Source: Pseudomonadota bacterium
GTDB taxonomy: Bacteria; Pseudomonadota; Gammaproteobacteria; Burkholderiales; Rhodocyclaceae
DNA length: 64,000 bases
NCBI GenBank assembly: GCA_052035955.1
Contig: JBPOHD010000005.1
Coordinates: forward strand, 11,709 to 75,708
Direction of reading: 5' to 3'
In this document: positions 39,828-50,003 of the stretch, piece after piece
Numbering within the stretch: the first letter of the stretch is position 1
Layout of the letters: the number at the start of each line of letters is the position of its first letter
Notes under the pieces: model-generated
What the model saw: only the letters and a program-made list of their open reading frames with translations
What the model was told of the DNA's origin: nothing
Databases searched by the model: none
Translations under genes and position numbers: made by a program

Positions 39828-40376
39828 TCAGGGGCTGATGGCCACGTAGCCTTGGTGGGCGAGGTCGATCATGCGCAGGTTGGCACCGGCATTCACCTTC
39901 ACGCCGGGCAGCAACCGGGCGTTCGTCCAGCCGTCGCGCATCATGGTCATGCCGCATTCCTCGACCTGCACCCCCATGGCGAGCAACTTGCCGATGCCGG
40001 CCTTGTAGGGGTTGCCGGTCCTGGTCTTGCGGGCCTCGTCGTAGGCCTTGTCGTTGAGCAGCATGAAGCCGCCGGCGCCGTTGAAGACGGCGACGATCTT
40101 CGCCTCGGTGCCGGTCTGGCGGAACTTCTCGGCCAGCATGGCGACCTGTTGCACGGCGAAGCCGTTGTCGCCGCCCGGCGCCACCCGGTCGATGTGGAAG
40201 ACCACCTTCGCCTCCTTGAGGTTCACCGGGATGTCGATGGTCGGGCCGCCCGCCATGGCGCCCGGCATCCCGGATGGCATGGCCGCGCCCGGCATCATGC
40301 CGCCGTGACCGGCGTGCCGGGCGGGAACGGAGGTGGCGAGGAACAAGGTGGCGGCGGCGAAGAGCGCGCGTTTCAT
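39828..40376 (-). CDS. Secreted DsrE/DsrF-like family protein with a Met/His/Gly-rich N-terminal segment
   Basis: Signal peptide present. A Met-rich run, HAGHGGMMPGAAMPSGMPGAMAGG, follows. The DsrE-like core reads KIVAVFNGAGGFMLL...GVQVEECGMTM. Confidence 0.5.
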   Translation of the reverse strand: MKRALFAAATLFLATSVPARHAGHGGMMPGAAMPSGMPGAMAGGPTIDIPVNLKEAKVVFHIDRVAPGGDNGFAVQQVAMLAEKFRQTGTEAKIVAVFNGAGGFMLLNDKAYDEARKTRTGNPYKAGIGKLLAMGVQVEECGMTMMRDGWTNARLLPGVKVNAGANLRMIDLAHQGYVAISP

Positions 40377-40397
40377 GGCAGGTCCTTTCGGCGTGGG

Positions 40398-41111
<714 letters not shown>

Positions 41112-41113
41112 CG

Positions 41114-42307
41114 TCAGCCTCCGATGGCCGTCGCCGGATCGACGCGCAGGGCGGCGCGGATGGCGGCGATGCTGGCCACCGCGCAGATCAGCATGACGGA
41201 GAAGAAGGCGCGCACGGCGTCGCCGGTTTCCAGTAGCACGTACTTGGGGAAATAGGGCGCCCAGAGTGTGGCGGCGGTCTTGCCGACGAGGAAGCCGGCC
41301 AGGCCCAGGCCCATGGCCTCCTGGAGGATCATGCCGGCGATGGTCCGGTTGCGCGTGCCGATGAGCTTCAGCACGGCGATCTCGCGCAGCTTGCCGAGGG
41401 TCATGGTGTAGATGATGAAGGAGACGATGGCGCCGCTGACCACGGCGAGGATGGCCAGGAACATGGCGATCTGACGTGCCGAGGTGGCGATCAGCTTGGC
41501 GACCAGGATCTCTTCCATCTGGTCGCGGGTGTAGGCGGTCAGCCGCTTCCAGCGCCGGATGGTCTCGGCCACCTCGTCGGCATCGGTTCCCGGGGCGACG
41601 CGTACCAGGACGGCATTCACGTTGTGGTTGGCGGCCTGGCTGGCGATCACGGCGTCGAGCAGCCCCGGCACGCCCGGCCGGTTGAGGGCAGGATTGGCCG
41701 CGGTGCGCGCCCGGTCGTTGACGATGGCATCGTTGTCCCTCAGGAACTGGGCCTCCTGGGCGTCCTGCAGGGGGACGAAGATCATCGGGTCGCCGCCGGA
41801 GGAGACCATGCGGCGGGTGAGGCCGACCACGGAATAGTCGTGGCGGCGGATGCGCACCACGTCGCCGGGGCGCAGGCCCGTCTTCTCGTCGGCGACCGCC
41901 TCGTAGTGGCTGCGCGTCACGGGCCGGCCGGCCACCAGCTTGCCCGGCGCCCCGGGACGCCCCGGCTCGAAGCCGACCACCATGGCCCGGGTGTCGCTGT
42001 CGCCGTGGCGGACCTGCATGGTGAGGTAGGTGGCGTTGCCCGTGGCGGCGACCCCCGGCAGGCCGGCGATGCCGCGCCAGGCGTCGTCGTGGACGGTGGA
42101 CGGCTCGGCGTAGGGGCCGAGGGTGTCCTGCTGCACCACCCAGAGGTCGGCGCCGCTGTTGGACAGCAGCACCTTGGCGTCTTCCACCATCCCGCGGTAG
42201 ATGCCGGCCATGGACAGGGTGACGCCGATCAGCAGTCCGAGGCCGATCCCGGTGAACACGTACTTCCCCCAGGAATGGGCGATGTCGCGGGCGGCCAGGT
42301 TGATCAT
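41114..42307 (-). CDS. ABC transporter permease, FtsX-like (DevC/MacB-type)
   Basis: 397 aa. N-terminal TM segment, a large periplasmic domain, and a C-terminal cluster of three TM segments. Confidence 0.75.
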   Translation of the reverse strand: MINLAARDIAHSWGKYVFTGIGLGLLIGVTLSMAGIYRGMVEDAKVLLSNSGADLWVVQQDTLGPYAEPSTVHDDAWRGIAGLPGVAATGNATYLTMQVRHGDSDTRAMVVGFEPGRPGAPGKLVAGRPVTRSHYEAVADEKTGLRPGDVVRIRRHDYSVVGLTRRMVSSGGDPMIFVPLQDAQEAQFLRDNDAIVNDRARTAANPALNRPGVPGLLDAVIASQAANHNVNAVLVRVAPGTDADEVAETIRRWKRLTAYTRDQMEEILVAKLIATSARQIAMFLAILAVVSGAIVSFIIYTMTLGKLREIAVLKLIGTRNRTIAGMILQEAMGLGLAGFLVGKTAATLWAPYFPKYVLLETGDAVRAFFSVMLICAVASIAAIRAALRVDPATAIGG

Positions 42308-43476
42308 CGGGCGAGGCTTTCGACGACCCGGACGCGCTCGCCGCCCTTGAGGTCGGCCGCCGCGTGGTGGACGACCGCGTCCCCGGCCCGCAGGCCCTCG
42401 AGGATTTGTGTCTGCCCCTCCAGGGAGCGCAGGCCGGTGCGCACCGGGACGAATTCCGCGCGCCCATCGGCGAGGCGGAAGACGCCCGTCTGCCCGCCCT
42501 GGCGGCGCAGGGCCGCGGTCGGCACGAGCAGCGCGTCGGCGGCGCCGGGCAGGGTGACGGTCACCTCCGCCAGTTCGCCCGGCGAAAGGCCTTCCACCGC
42601 CTGGGCGAAGGCCACGTCGATGATCCGCTCCTCGGTCACGCTGTCGCTCGCCACCTCGATGCGGGCAATGCGGCCGGGAGCGGGCGCGCCCGGCCGCGAG
42701 CGCAGCAGGACGCTGGCCGGCTGGCCGACCGCCAGGCCGGCGGCGCGGCCCTGGTCGATGCGGGTGCGGACCCAGAGGCTGGCCGGGTCGATGAGCTTCA
42801 GCACCGCCTGGCCGGCCACCACCGTCGAGCCGGGCTCGGCGTCCCGCGACTGGACGACGCCATCGACCGGGCTGAGCAGCCGGTACTGGGCCCGCTGCTT
42901 GCCGATGCCGGCGCGCTCCGACTGCAGGCGCGCCTGGTCGCGGCGGGCGGCGGCCAGGCCGGCCTCGGCGGCTTCCAGGCCGGCCCTGGCCGCATTGGCC
43001 TCGTGCTGCTTGGCGTCGGCGGCCTCCTGGCTGACGAAATTCTTCTGCCGCAGGTCGCCGAAGCGGGCGGCGCTGGCCGCCGCCACCTCGGCCCGGCTGC
43101 GGGCTTCCCGGACCTGGGCCGCCGCCGCTTCGGCGGCGCTGGCGGCGCGGGCCTGGGCGCTGGCGGCGCTGGCGACGCGCTCGTCCAGATCCACCGGATC
43201 CATCTCGGCCAGCAGCTGTCCCGCGCGCACCGCATCGCCCTGGTCCACATGGACGCGCGCCACCCGGCTGGCCAGGGTGGGGCCGACGGCGAAGCTGCGC
43301 CGGGCCTCCACCGTCCCGATGCCGAAGACCTTGGGCACCAGTTCGCCGCTGCGGACGCTGGCCGCGGTCACCTGCGGGCCGGCAGGCGGGCCGTGGCGCA
43401 GGAACAGGATCGCGAGGACGGCGAGCAGGGCGAGCGGCAGGGCGACGGTCAGCAGGAGGCGCAAGGGACGTTTCAT
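42304..43476 (-). CDS. Efflux periplasmic adaptor (HlyD/DevB-family membrane fusion protein)
   Basis: Signal/TM segment at the N-terminus. Has a biotinyl-lipoyl-like hairpin (VRAGQLLAEMDPVDLDERV) and a coiled-coil. Confidence 0.75.
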   Translation of the reverse strand: MKRPLRLLLTVALPLALLAVLAILFLRHGPPAGPQVTAASVRSGELVPKVFGIGTVEARRSFAVGPTLASRVARVHVDQGDAVRAGQLLAEMDPVDLDERVASAASAQARAASAAEAAAAQVREARSRAEVAAASAARFGDLRQKNFVSQEAADAKQHEANAARAGLEAAEAGLAAARRDQARLQSERAGIGKQRAQYRLLSPVDGVVQSRDAEPGSTVVAGQAVLKLIDPASLWVRTRIDQGRAAGLAVGQPASVLLRSRPGAPAPGRIARIEVASDSVTEERIIDVAFAQAVEGLSPGELAEVTVTLPGAADALLVPTAALRRQGGQTGVFRLADGRAEFVPVRTGLRSLEGQTQILEGLRAGDAVVHHAAADLKGGERVRVVESLAR

Positions 43477-44114
43477 GGCCGGACTCCGAGGGCGCGAAGG
43501 TAGAGGCGGAATACCCCGGCGGCCCGGGATTCGAGTTGGGCGGGGCCGTCGGCGATGGCCGCTTGCATGACCAGGCCCTGCACCATGCCGACGTAGAGGA
43601 CCGCGGCGGATTGCAGATCGACCTGCCGGTCGATCTGGCCCGTCGCCTGGGCGGCCTTCAGGCTCTGCATCACACGTTTGCGGTAGGCCTCCAGGATGGC
43701 CCTGACCTCGGCCCGCAAGGGCGACTCGGCCGGCCGCTGCAATTCGTGGAAGATGAGCCGTGGCACGGCGGGCCGCTCGGCGACGAAGCGGATGTGCGCC
43801 ATGAACATGGCCTCCAGCCTTTCCAGGGGAGCGTCGATGCCTTCGGTGGCTTCATCGAGGACGGCCAGGAAGCGTTCCCGGACCCAGGCGATGGTGGCGG
43901 CCTGGATTTCGTCCTTGCTGGCGAAATGGCGGAACAGGCCGCCCTGGGTGATGCCTATCTCGTCGGCGATGGCCTGGGTGGTGATGCCGTCAGGGCTCGC
44001 GTAGCAGGCCAGGCGCAGGACCGCCTCGACGATTTCCTGCCGCCGCTGCGCGGTGCTGGCCCGGGGGGTGGGTGTTGCGACCATCGGTGTTGGTAAGTAA
44101 TTAAATACTTGCAT
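43473..44114 (-). CDS. TetR-family transcriptional regulator
   Basis: HTH segment ITTQAIADEIGITQGGLFRHFASKDEI. Its stop overlaps the start of the adaptor gene. Confidence 0.8.
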   Translation of the reverse strand: MQVFNYLPTPMVATPTPRASTAQRRQEIVEAVLRLACYASPDGITTQAIADEIGITQGGLFRHFASKDEIQAATIAWVRERFLAVLDEATEGIDAPLERLEAMFMAHIRFVAERPAVPRLIFHELQRPAESPLRAEVRAILEAYRKRVMQSLKAAQATGQIDRQVDLQSAAVLYVGMVQGLVMQAAIADGPAQLESRAAGVFRLYLRALGVRP

Positions 44115-44299
44115 TGTAGGCGTCCATCCGGTTGAGTCAAGCTCGAATGGCGTTCAGCCGGCAGGCCGGCGCGAAAGGCGACCGTCGCGGTCGCCGCCGG
44201 CAGGCTGCCCGAGACCTGCGACACGGGGGCGGCAGGGTAGTCAGCGTCGGCGGGCTCGGCGGGACGGGTATCACGCCATGCCCGCCGATCCGGAACCCG

Positions 44300-44767
44300 T
44301 TAAACCGGTTGCAATTCCTCGAGGGCGTCCTCCGGCCGCAGGATGCGGAATCTCCCCTCGAGGCGCCGCCGCCGGGAGACCCTCAACAGAGCCTTGTCCG
44401 AGGTGACCAGCCAATCCGCCCGCCCGTCCCGGGCGAGTTCGAGAAACTTCTGGTCGTCGGGATCCCTGCAAAGGGGCAGGGGGGCAGGGGCCGGGGCCGC
44501 TCCGGTCACCCATTCGGCCAGCGAAAGGAACTCGGACAGGATGTCCTGCTGTCGTCCTTCGTCCAGGGAGAAAAGCGGGTAGCGAAGGACCCGGCGGAAT
44601 TCGCCGTGGCAGGCGGGGCTGGTCAGGACCCGCCAGCGGCCGGTGTCCAGCGCCGATCGAAAGGACGAGAAACGGCTGTCCCGAAACACCCAGAGCGACA
44701 GCAGGACGTTGGTATCCAGGACCACCCTGAGCGCTTGCCTCTCGGTACCGGGGCCCGCTGCGTGCAA
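44300..44767 (-). CDS. PIN-domain protein (putative toxin-antitoxin toxin component)
   Basis: Carries VVLDTNVLLS and the conserved acidic residues of the PIN fold. No obvious antitoxin gene lies upstream. Confidence 0.6.
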   Translation of the reverse strand: MHAAGPGTERQALRVVLDTNVLLSLWVFRDSRFSSFRSALDTGRWRVLTSPACHGEFRRVLRYPLFSLDEGRQQDILSEFLSLAEWVTGAAPAPAPLPLCRDPDDQKFLELARDGRADWLVTSDKALLRVSRRRRLEGRFRILRPEDALEELQPV

Positions 44768-44780
44768 CGGAGCCTGTCCG

Positions 44781-45392
44781 CTAACGCCAGACCTCCCGGC
44801 AGTTTGCGATCTCCGTGTCGGTCATGACGGGCTTGACCACGCAGGACCGCTCCCTGGCGAGGCGGAGCTTTTCGTCCTCCTTTGCCTTCTGCTCGCGGGC
44901 CAGGCGCCGTTCCTCGGCCTGGCGCGCCTTCTCCTGGCGGGCGCTCTCGGACTCCACGCTGGCGGCCTTCAGGTCGATCTCGGCGCGTTGCCTTTCGCGC
45001 TCGGCCTTGAGCTTATCCATGGCCGCCTTGGCCTGCTGTTCCTCTGCCGCCTGCTTCTCTGCCCGCCGCCGCCGTTCCTCCGGCGACAGGGCGAGGGCCC
45101 CGGCATCGCCGGCTGCAGCGGCGGCGCCCACGCCCGCGGCGACTCCCACCGCAGCGGCGGTTCCGGTCTGCCCGGAGCCGCTGGACGAACTGCTGCCGCT
45201 ACGGATGGAAACGCCGGGCGCCCGCAAACCGCCGCTTTCCTGGGCCTCCGTCCGGGGCGGCGCCGATTCGGTCTTGCCGGCGGATCTGGGGGCTGACGAG
45301 GAGCGGGCTCCCACGCGCTTTGCATGGCCGTCGCCGGGAACCAAGGCCAGGCCTATCGCCAGCATCATGGAAAGGACAAGGTATGAGCGCAC
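44781..45392 (-). CDS. Secreted coiled-coil protein with a conserved C-terminal CxxKPVMTDxEIxxCRE motif (paralog 1)
   Basis: Signal peptide MRSYLVLSMMLAIGLALVPGDGHA. A highly charged E/R/K/A/Q-rich helix follows. The C-terminus is SCVVKPVMTDTEIANCREVWR. Confidence 0.6.
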   Translation of the reverse strand: MRSYLVLSMMLAIGLALVPGDGHAKRVGARSSSAPRSAGKTESAPPRTEAQESGGLRAPGVSIRSGSSSSSGSGQTGTAAAVGVAAGVGAAAAAGDAGALALSPEERRRRAEKQAAEEQQAKAAMDKLKAERERQRAEIDLKAASVESESARQEKARQAEERRLAREQKAKEDEKLRLARERSCVVKPVMTDTEIANCREVWR

Positions 45393-45526
45393 TTAAGCCT
45401 CCTGGATCGAATGGATGGATCTGGGTTCGGCAACGGGGGGAAACCTCGCATGCCCGGCGGAATTATCGAAGATTTGCCGGAAACGCGCATGGGACGCGCC
45501 TGATCCGCCGATCGTCCGGCTCCGCC

Positions 45527-45919
45527 CTAACGCCCGGCCTCCCTGCATCGGGCGATTTCGGCGTCCGTCATCACGGGTTTGACGAGACAGGATTTCGAAC
45601 GGGCCAGCCACCGGCCCTCCTCCTCCCGGGCCCGGCGTTCGCGGGAGATGCGGCGGGCCTCGGCCTGCCTCGCCTCTTCCTCGCGGACCTTCTCGGCCTC
45701 CGTCCGGGCCACGCTCCTGGCATCGTCGACGGGCACCGGTGCCGCGGATCGCTTTCCGTCCCCGGTGCCGGGGCGGGACGAGCGTGCCGACGCCTTGGCC
45801 GGCGGACGAGCGCCCCCGGCCAAGGCGCCGGCGGCGGCATCCGGGTCGGCCGCCAGGGCGGCCAAGGGGACGGTGGCCAAGGCCGCCAATGCGGCCGCCA
45901 GAAGTGCAGTCAGGCGCAC
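45527..45919 (-). CDS. Secreted coiled-coil protein, paralog 2 of the upstream gene
   Basis: The GTG start at 45919 gives VRLTALLAAALAALATVPLAALAADP, which looks like a signal peptide. The C-terminus SCLVKPVMTDAEIARCREAGR matches paralog 1. The listed 45527..46273 ORF extends into the phaC 3' region and is too long. Confidence 0.5.
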   Translation of the reverse strand: MRLTALLAAALAALATVPLAALAADPDAAAGALAGGARPPAKASARSSRPGTGDGKRSAAPVPVDDARSVARTEAEKVREEEARQAEARRISRERRAREEEGRWLARSKSCLVKPVMTDAEIARCREAGR

Positions 45920-45986
45920 GACCTGCCCGGCTCGGGGCGAAGGCGGCCGGCGGTGAAGGTTTCGACTTCCCGCCGGCACACCAGGC

Positions 45987-47807
45987 TCAGGCCTTCTTCT
46001 TCTGCGTGTCGAGGCGGAACTTGACGAAGGAACCGGGCGCGTCCTCGAGCGCCTTGAGCTTGCCCTTGGCGGGATCCCGCGCCGGCACCATGCTGTCGTC
46101 GTGGCCCGTGATCCAGGCCTGCCAGTCGGTCCACCAGGAGCCCTCGTTCTGCTCGGCACCGGAGAGCCACTCGTCGGGCGTCGCCGGCAGATCCTTGGCC
46201 GGATTGGTCCAGAAGCCGTACTTGTTCGCGGAGGGAGGATTGACGATGCCGGCGATGTGGCCGGACCCGCCAAGCACGAAGCGGATCGGACCGCCGAGGG
46301 CCGTGGCGCCCAGGTAGGTGCCCTTCCAGGGAGCGATGTGGTCCTCCATGGTGGAGATGAAGTAGCAGGGCGTCTTCACCGAGGACAGGTCGATCGGCAC
46401 ACCGGCCAGGGTGATCGCGCCGGGGACCCGCAGCAGGTTCTTCATGTACATGTTGCGCAGGTAGAAGCTGTGCATCTTGTAAGGCATGCGGGTGGAATCG
46501 GAATTCCAGAACAGCAGGTCGAAGGGGAAGGGTTCCTTGCCCATCAGGTAGTTGTTCACCACGAAGGACCAGATGAGGTCGTTGGAGCGCAGCATGTTGA
46601 AGGTGCCGGCCATCTCCGAGCCCTCCATGTAGCCGCGCTCGGACATCTTCTTCTCCAGGTAGGCGACCTGGGTCTCGTCGATGAAGGTGCCCAGTTCGCC
46701 GGGCACCGAGAAGTCGAGCAGGGCGACGAAGAAGGTGGCCGTGGCGACGCGCTTGTCCTTCTTGGCCGCCATGTAGGCCATGGTGGAGCCGAGCAGGGTG
46801 CCGCCCAGGCAGTAGCCGATCAGGTTCATGTCCTTCTCGCCGGTCTGCTCCTGGACCTTGTCCATGGCGGTCAGGGCGCCTTCGGTCATGTAGTCGTCGA
46901 ATTCCTTCTGGGCCAGCTTGTGGTCCGGATTGACCCAGGAGATGCAGAACACCGTGTGGCCCTGGTCGGTGGCCCACTTGATGAAGGAGTTGCTCTGCTT
47001 GAGGTCGAGGATGTAGAACTTGTTGATCCAGGGCGGGATGATCAGCAGCGGGCGCTTGTACTGCTGCTTGGTGGTCGGGTTGAACTGCAGCAGCTGCATC
47101 ATCTCGTTCTGGAAGACGACCTTCCCAGGCGTGGCGCCGACGTTCTTGCCCAGTTCGAAGGCCGTCGGGTCGGTCATCTTGACCCGCAGCTGGCCGCCGC
47201 CCTCCTCGATGTCGCGGAGCAGGTTGTTGAAGCCCTTGAGCAGGTTCTGGCCGTGGGTCTTCACCGTCTCGCGCAGGACCTCGGGATTGGTCGCCGCGAA
47301 GTTGGTCGGCGCGAAGGCGTCGATGAACTGGCGGGTGAAGAAGTTCACCTTCTTGCGCGAATTGTCGGTCAGGCCCTCGACGTTGCTGACGCTGTCATGG
47401 ACGTGGCGGGCAGTGATGAGGTAGCTCTGCTTGATGAAATCGAACAGGAAGTGCTCCTCCCACTGGGCATCCTTGAACCGGTTGTCGCCCTTCTTCGGGG
47501 CGGCCACCGGCGGCGCCTGCATGCCCATGAAGCGCAGCATCGAATGCTGCCAGAGGGAGAAGTAGTCCCAGACCAGGTTCATCTGGGCCTGGGCCAGCTT
47601 GTAGGGATTGGCGAGCATCTTGGCCATCATGTCCATGAACGCCTGGGCGATGCCCAGCTCGTCGGAAGGCGCCTTGACGCCGTGCTTCATCTGGCGCTGC
47701 ATGTGGTCGGAAATCAGCTTCGAGGCCCGCTGGGCCACCTCGGCGTAGGTCTTTGCGATTTCCTTCGGATCGGGCAATGCGTTCTTGGCTTCCTCGGTCT
47801 GCGACAT
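45987..47807 (-). CDS. phaC: Class I poly(3-hydroxyalkanoate) synthase
   Basis: 606 aa. Carries the lipase box GYCLGG and the conserved PhaC N-terminal and C-terminal regions. Confidence 0.9.
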   Translation of the reverse strand: MSQTEEAKNALPDPKEIAKTYAEVAQRASKLISDHMQRQMKHGVKAPSDELGIAQAFMDMMAKMLANPYKLAQAQMNLVWDYFSLWQHSMLRFMGMQAPPVAAPKKGDNRFKDAQWEEHFLFDFIKQSYLITARHVHDSVSNVEGLTDNSRKKVNFFTRQFIDAFAPTNFAATNPEVLRETVKTHGQNLLKGFNNLLRDIEEGGGQLRVKMTDPTAFELGKNVGATPGKVVFQNEMMQLLQFNPTTKQQYKRPLLIIPPWINKFYILDLKQSNSFIKWATDQGHTVFCISWVNPDHKLAQKEFDDYMTEGALTAMDKVQEQTGEKDMNLIGYCLGGTLLGSTMAYMAAKKDKRVATATFFVALLDFSVPGELGTFIDETQVAYLEKKMSERGYMEGSEMAGTFNMLRSNDLIWSFVVNNYLMGKEPFPFDLLFWNSDSTRMPYKMHSFYLRNMYMKNLLRVPGAITLAGVPIDLSSVKTPCYFISTMEDHIAPWKGTYLGATALGGPIRFVLGGSGHIAGIVNPPSANKYGFWTNPAKDLPATPDEWLSGAEQNEGSWWTDWQAWITGHDDSMVPARDPAKGKLKALEDAPGSFVKFRLDTQKKKA

Positions 47808-47829
47808 GGGAGACTCCTTGTTCGTGGTT

Positions 47830-48846
47830 TCAGCGCTGGACTGCGTAGCGGTGGATGCCGTTCTCGGTCACGCAACTGAGACGTTGCGCGTGTTCTAGGT
47901 ATTTCAGATGGGCGATGGTCTCGCCCATGGCAAACATGGTCTGGTGGGCGTCTCCCCCCAGGTCCCGCTGGAACAGCACGGGAATCAGTTCGGCCGCCGT
48001 CTTCGGTTCCCCGCAGGCGGCCTCCAGGTCGGCGCATCGGGCCGCATGGTGCTCTTCGAGGGCGGCGACGCGGGCATGCAGGCCGCGGAAAGGCTTGCCG
48101 TGCGACGGCAGGACGAGGGTGTCGGCCGGCAGGTGCCTGAAGTGCTGCAGGGATTCCAGGAACAGCCCCAGGGGATTTCCGTCAGGGACCGAGGCGACGG
48201 CGCTGACGTTGGTGGAGATGCGCGGCAGCAGCATGTCGCCGGAAATCAGGATGCCCAGCTCGGCACAGTAGAGGCTCATGTGCTCCGGCGCATGGCCGTG
48301 GCCCACCTGGGTGCGCCAACCGCGACCGCCGATGACGATCGTTTCGCCGTCGAAGAGCCGGCGGTAGGTCGGCGGCACCGCCGGTACGCCCTTGCCGTAG
48401 GAATTGCCGCGCACCGCCAGGGCCTCCAGGCGCTTGTCGTCCAGCCCGTGGCCCTGGTAGAAACGCAGCATGGCCGGAATCGAATAGCTGGCGACCTGGT
48501 GGCGGATCATCTGGGAGGTCGTGTATTCCCCCTGACTGATCCAGAGGGGCGCCCCGGTGTGCTCCTCCAGCCAGGCGGCCAGGCCGAGGTGATCGGGGTG
48601 GCAGTGGGTGACGATGATCCGCGACAGCGGATGGCCGGGAAGCAGCTTGCGCCAGGACTCCTGAAGGCTGTCCATGGCGATGCCGGTATCGACGGCGGTC
48701 CAGGTCGGGCCGTCGGCCAGGAGCCAGAGATTGACGTGATCGAGGGCGAAGGGCAAGGGCATGCGTACCCAGCGCACGCCGGGGACGATTTCCTCGCTGC
48801 TGCCCGCTTCCGGGAGCCGCTCGTAGGGATACTCGATCGTGTCCAT
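47830..48846 (-). CDS. MBL-fold metallo-hydrolase
   Basis: Carries the HxHxDH motif in THCHPDHLG. Confidence 0.75.
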   Translation of the reverse strand: MDTIEYPYERLPEAGSSEEIVPGVRWVRMPLPFALDHVNLWLLADGPTWTAVDTGIAMDSLQESWRKLLPGHPLSRIIVTHCHPDHLGLAAWLEEHTGAPLWISQGEYTTSQMIRHQVASYSIPAMLRFYQGHGLDDKRLEALAVRGNSYGKGVPAVPPTYRRLFDGETIVIGGRGWRTQVGHGHAPEHMSLYCAELGILISGDMLLPRISTNVSAVASVPDGNPLGLFLESLQHFRHLPADTLVLPSHGKPFRGLHARVAALEEHHAARCADLEAACGEPKTAAELIPVLFQRDLGGDAHQTMFAMGETIAHLKYLEHAQRLSCVTENGIHRYAVQR

Positions 48847-49013
48847 GGGCTGCCCGGGCGCGTTGCCCCGGCCTTTGAAATCCGATTAAACTGCGAGGGA
48901 TTCTTCGCCGCCCCCGGCCCTGCCCGAGTCCCGGGCCGGAGCCTGGATCGGGCGTTTCTCTCTTTTTTTGCGGCGAAGCAGCATTCTATCCGATTTCACC
49001 GGGCCGACGCGGC

Positions 49014-49430
49014 ATGAGCCAGGAACCCACCTTCACCATCACCGAGCTGTCCCGGGAGTTCGGCATCACCCCCCGTGCCATAAGGTTTTACGAGGACCAG
49101 GGCCTCGTCTTCCCGAGCCGCGAGGGAATGCAGCGCATCTACAGCAAGCGCGACCGGACCCGCCTGAAGCTCGCCCTGCGCGGCAAGCGCCTGGGATTCT
49201 CGATCGCCGAGATCCGCGAACTGATCGACATGTACGACCAGGCCACCGACCAGAGTCCCCAGCTGATCAAGTTCCTGAACGGGCTCGCCAAGCGGCGCGC
49301 CGCCCTGGAGCAGCAGCGCGAGGACATCGAGGCCGTGTTGGCCGAGATCAGCAACGCCGAGCGCCAGTGCCGGGAGATCCTGGACGGCAGGAAGGCATCC
49401 GGCGGCGGCCGTTCGCGGCGGGCCGCCTAG
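49014..49430 (+). CDS. liuR: MerR-family transcriptional regulator, LiuR-like
   Basis: MerR HTH segment FTITELSREFGITPRAIRFYEDQGLV and a coiled-coil dimerization helix. It sits immediately upstream of the ivd/liu genes. Confidence 0.75.
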   Translation: MSQEPTFTITELSREFGITPRAIRFYEDQGLVFPSREGMQRIYSKRDRTRLKLALRGKRLGFSIAEIRELIDMYDQATDQSPQLIKFLNGLAKRRAALEQQREDIEAVLAEISNAERQCREILDGRKASGGGRSRRAA

Positions 49431-49452
49431 TTTCAGGACTAAACGAATCACC

Positions 49453-49482
49453 TTGACGTTTACGTAAACGTCAACATAAAAT
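49453..49482 (+). promoter_or_regulatory. Perfect 22-bp palindrome TTGACGTTTACGTAAACGTCAA overlapping a sigma70-like promoter (-35 TTGACG, 18-bp spacer, -10 TAAAAT); candidate LiuR operator
   Basis: Seen directly. The palindrome spans the -35 and the spacer, as MerR-family operators do. It lies 36 nt upstream of the thioesterase/liuA operon start. Confidence 0.6.
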
Positions 49483-49517
49483 CCGCGCCACGAAAAACGC
49501 GGAAGACGGAGGAGCGC

Positions 49518-50003
49518 ATGGAGGTTCATGCCCGGCGGGCGACCCGCTTCGAACCCAGGGACCCGGACTGGGAGGCGAAAGTCCGCGACAGCTTCGCGCG
49601 CCAGAAGGTGATGGCCTTCATCGGCGGCCGCCTGACCGGACTGGCGCCCGGCTGGTGCGAGATCCGGCTGCCTTACCGCGAGGAACTGACCCAGCAGCAC
49701 GGCTTCTTCCAGGCCGGCATCATCGGCGCCATCGTGGACAACGCCGGCGGCTACGCCGGTTTCACCCTGATGCCGCCAGACACCGCGGTGCTCACCGTCG
49801 AATACAAGCTCAACCTCCTCGCCCCCGGCGACGGCGACCTGCTGATCGCCACGGGCGAGGTGCTGAAGCCCGGCCGCAACCTCGTCATCACCCGCGGCGA
49901 GGTCCATGTCGAGAAGGGCGGCAGGACCACCCACTGCGCCTCGATGCAACAGACCCTCATGACCATGCACGGCAAATCTGACACGGAAGGACTAGGAAAA
50001 TGA
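49518..50003 (+). CDS. PaaI-family hotdog-fold thioesterase
   Basis: 161 aa. Carries the hotdog-fold motifs [23 protein letters not shown]. Confidence 0.7.
   Translation: MEVHARRATRFEPRDPDWEAKVRDSFARQKVMAFIGGRLTGLAPGWCEIRLPYREELTQQHGFFQAGIIGAIVDNAGGYAGFTLMPPDTAVLTVEYKLNLLAPGDGDLLIATGEVLKPGRNLVITRGEVHVEKGGRTTHCASMQQTLMTMHGKSDTEGLGK

Noticed and set aside
45919-46273. 5' extension of ORF 45527..46273 into the phaC 3' region
   Set aside because: It is Pro/Arg-rich nonsense overlapping phaC on the same strand in a different frame. The signal-peptide-bearing GTG start at 45919 is far more plausible.
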